The notes beneath the pieces were generated by a model. It was not told the origin of the DNA. It saw only the letters and a list, made by a program, of their open reading frames with translations, and did no database searches. From IMG/VR virus record IMGVR_UViG_2681813230_000004: a stretch of DNA of 16,039 bases; one strand, given 5' to 3'. Made by a program: the position numbers and the translations under genes. Source of the stretch: a virus. Taxonomy: Duplodnaviria > Heunggongvirae > Uroviricota > Caudoviricetes. Shown here one piece after another: positions 14,744-16,039 of the stretch; positions within the stretch are counted from its first letter, which is position 1; each line of letters begins with the position of its first letter.

Positions 14744-16039
14744 ATGAGAGAAGTTGAAATGAAATATCCGACAGGCGTGGAAAACCATGGAGGGAAATTA
14801 CGTATCTGGTTTGTTTATAAAGGCGTAAGAGTCAGGGAAAACCTGGGGGTTCCTGACACAGCAAAAAACAGGCGCGTTGCAGGTGAGCTACGCGCCTCTG
14901 TTTGTTACGCAATAAAAACTGGTGTTTTCGACTATGCAAAACAGTTTCCCTCCTCACGCAATCTGGAAAAATTTGGTGAGACTCGACAAGATTTAACCAT
15001 AAAAGAACTGGCTGAAAAATTTCTGGCACTGAAAGAAACTGAAGTCGCAAAAACATCACTCAACACATACCGTGCCGTCATCAAAAATATCCTGAGCATA
15101 ATCGGTGAAAAAAATCTTGCCTCATCGATTAATAAAGAAAAATTACTGGAGGTTCGTAAAGAGCTACTGACTGGATACCAGATCCCCAAAAGTAACTATA
15201 TTGTTACACAACCAGGGAGATCGGCTGTAACTGTAAATAATTACATGACAAATCTTAACGCCGTGTTCCAGTTTGGTGTTGATAACGGTTACCTGGCAGA
15301 TAACCCGTTTAAGGGGATCTCGCCATTAAAGGAATCAAGAACCATTCCGGATCCTCTTTCGCGGGAGGAATTCATCCGTCTTATCGATGCGTGCAGAAAT
15401 CAGCAAGCCAAAAATTTATGGTGTGTTTCTGTTTATACTGGCGTTCGCCCTGGTGAGCTGTGTGCACTTGGATGGGAGGACATAGATCTGAAAAATGGAA
15501 CAATGATGATCAGGAGAAATTTAGCAAAAGACCGTTTCACGGTACCAAAAACACAGGCGGGAACCAATCGGGTCATTCATCTTATTAAGCCAGCAATCGA
15601 CGCTCTCCGGAGTCAGATGACATTAACGAGACTGAGCAAAGAGCATATCATTGATGTTCACCTCAGAGAGTATGGCAGAACAGAAAAACATAAATGCACC
15701 TTTGTTTTTCAACCTGAAGTGTCAGCGAGAGTAAAAAATTATGGTGACCATTTTACCGTTGACTCAATAAGGCAGATGTGGGACGCAGCGATAAAACGTG
15801 CCGGACTCCGCCATCGAAAATCATATCAGTCGAGACATACTTATGCCTGCTGGTCGCTGACAGCTGGTGCTAATCCGGCATTTATAGCAAACCAGATGGG
15901 CCATGCAGATGCGCAAATGGTATTTCAGGTATACGGAAAATGGATGTCTGAAAACAATAATGCACAGGTAGCTTTGTTAAATACACAGTTAAGCGAGTTT
16001 GCCCCAACCATGCCCCATAACGAAGCAATGAAAAATTAA
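14744..16039 (+). CDS. intQ: phage integrase (tyrosine recombinase, lambda Int family)
   Basis: 431-aa ORF ending at the window edge with its stop. C-terminal catalytic signatures are present (...RHTYACWSL...; ...MVFQVYGKW...). Start may be ATG 14759 (MKYPTG...). Confidence 0.85.
   Translation: MREVEMKYPTGVENHGGKLRIWFVYKGVRVRENLGVPDTAKNRRVAGELRASVCYAIKTGVFDYAKQFPSSRNLEKFGETRQDLTIKELAEKFLALKETEVAKTSLNTYRAVIKNILSIIGEKNLASSINKEKLLEVRKELLTGYQIPKSNYIVTQPGRSAVTVNNYMTNLNAVFQFGVDNGYLADNPFKGISPLKESRTIPDPLSREEFIRLIDACRNQQAKNLWCVSVYTGVRPGELCALGWEDIDLKNGTMMIRRNLAKDRFTVPKTQAGTNRVIHLIKPAIDALRSQMTLTRLSKEHIIDVHLREYGRTEKHKCTFVFQPEVSARVKNYGDHFTVDSIRQMWDAAIKRAGLRHRKSYQSRHTYACWSLTAGANPAFIANQMGHADAQMVFQVYGKWMSENNNAQVALLNTQLSEFAPTMPHNEAMKN

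Noticed and set aside
1-16039. CRISPR arrays, tRNA or rRNA genes
   Set aside because: No regularly spaced direct repeats of CRISPR type and no tRNA-like or rRNA-like sequence were recognised by eye. The iterons at 8537..8647 are origin-type repeats inside a coding gene, not a CRISPR array.

Overview
This window is the early/immunity arm of a Qin-like lambdoid prophage of E. coli, bounded on the left by the right end of an IS1 copy and on the right by an intact integrase. From left to right: IS1 end (insB C-terminus), a ydfU-like DUF968/HNH-type protein, rem, the relB-relE-hokD toxin-antitoxin operon with its operator and terminator, ydfV, flxA with a sigma-28-type promoter, a frameshifted rve (DDE) transposase-like gene, an AT-rich islet with a small membrane-protein ORF, about 1.2 kb of decayed coding sequence and clustered dyad symmetries, a methyltransferase-core remnant, an O-like replication gene with internal iterons, the dicC/dicA immunity switch with repeated 18-bp operators, ydfA-ydfB-ydfC-dicF-dicB-ydfD, an 823-aa exonuclease with a C-terminal DEDDh domain, an excisionase and the integrase. 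No rRNA, tRNA or CRISPR array was seen. Gene names rest on my recollection of K-12 Qin proteins and on motifs I could read directly; no database search was run. I did not find a clearly new multi-gene system. The best candidates for follow-up are the exonuclease domain architecture, the small membrane ORF in the AT-rich islet, the methyltransferase remnant with its adjacent dyad cluster, and the frameshifted transposase.
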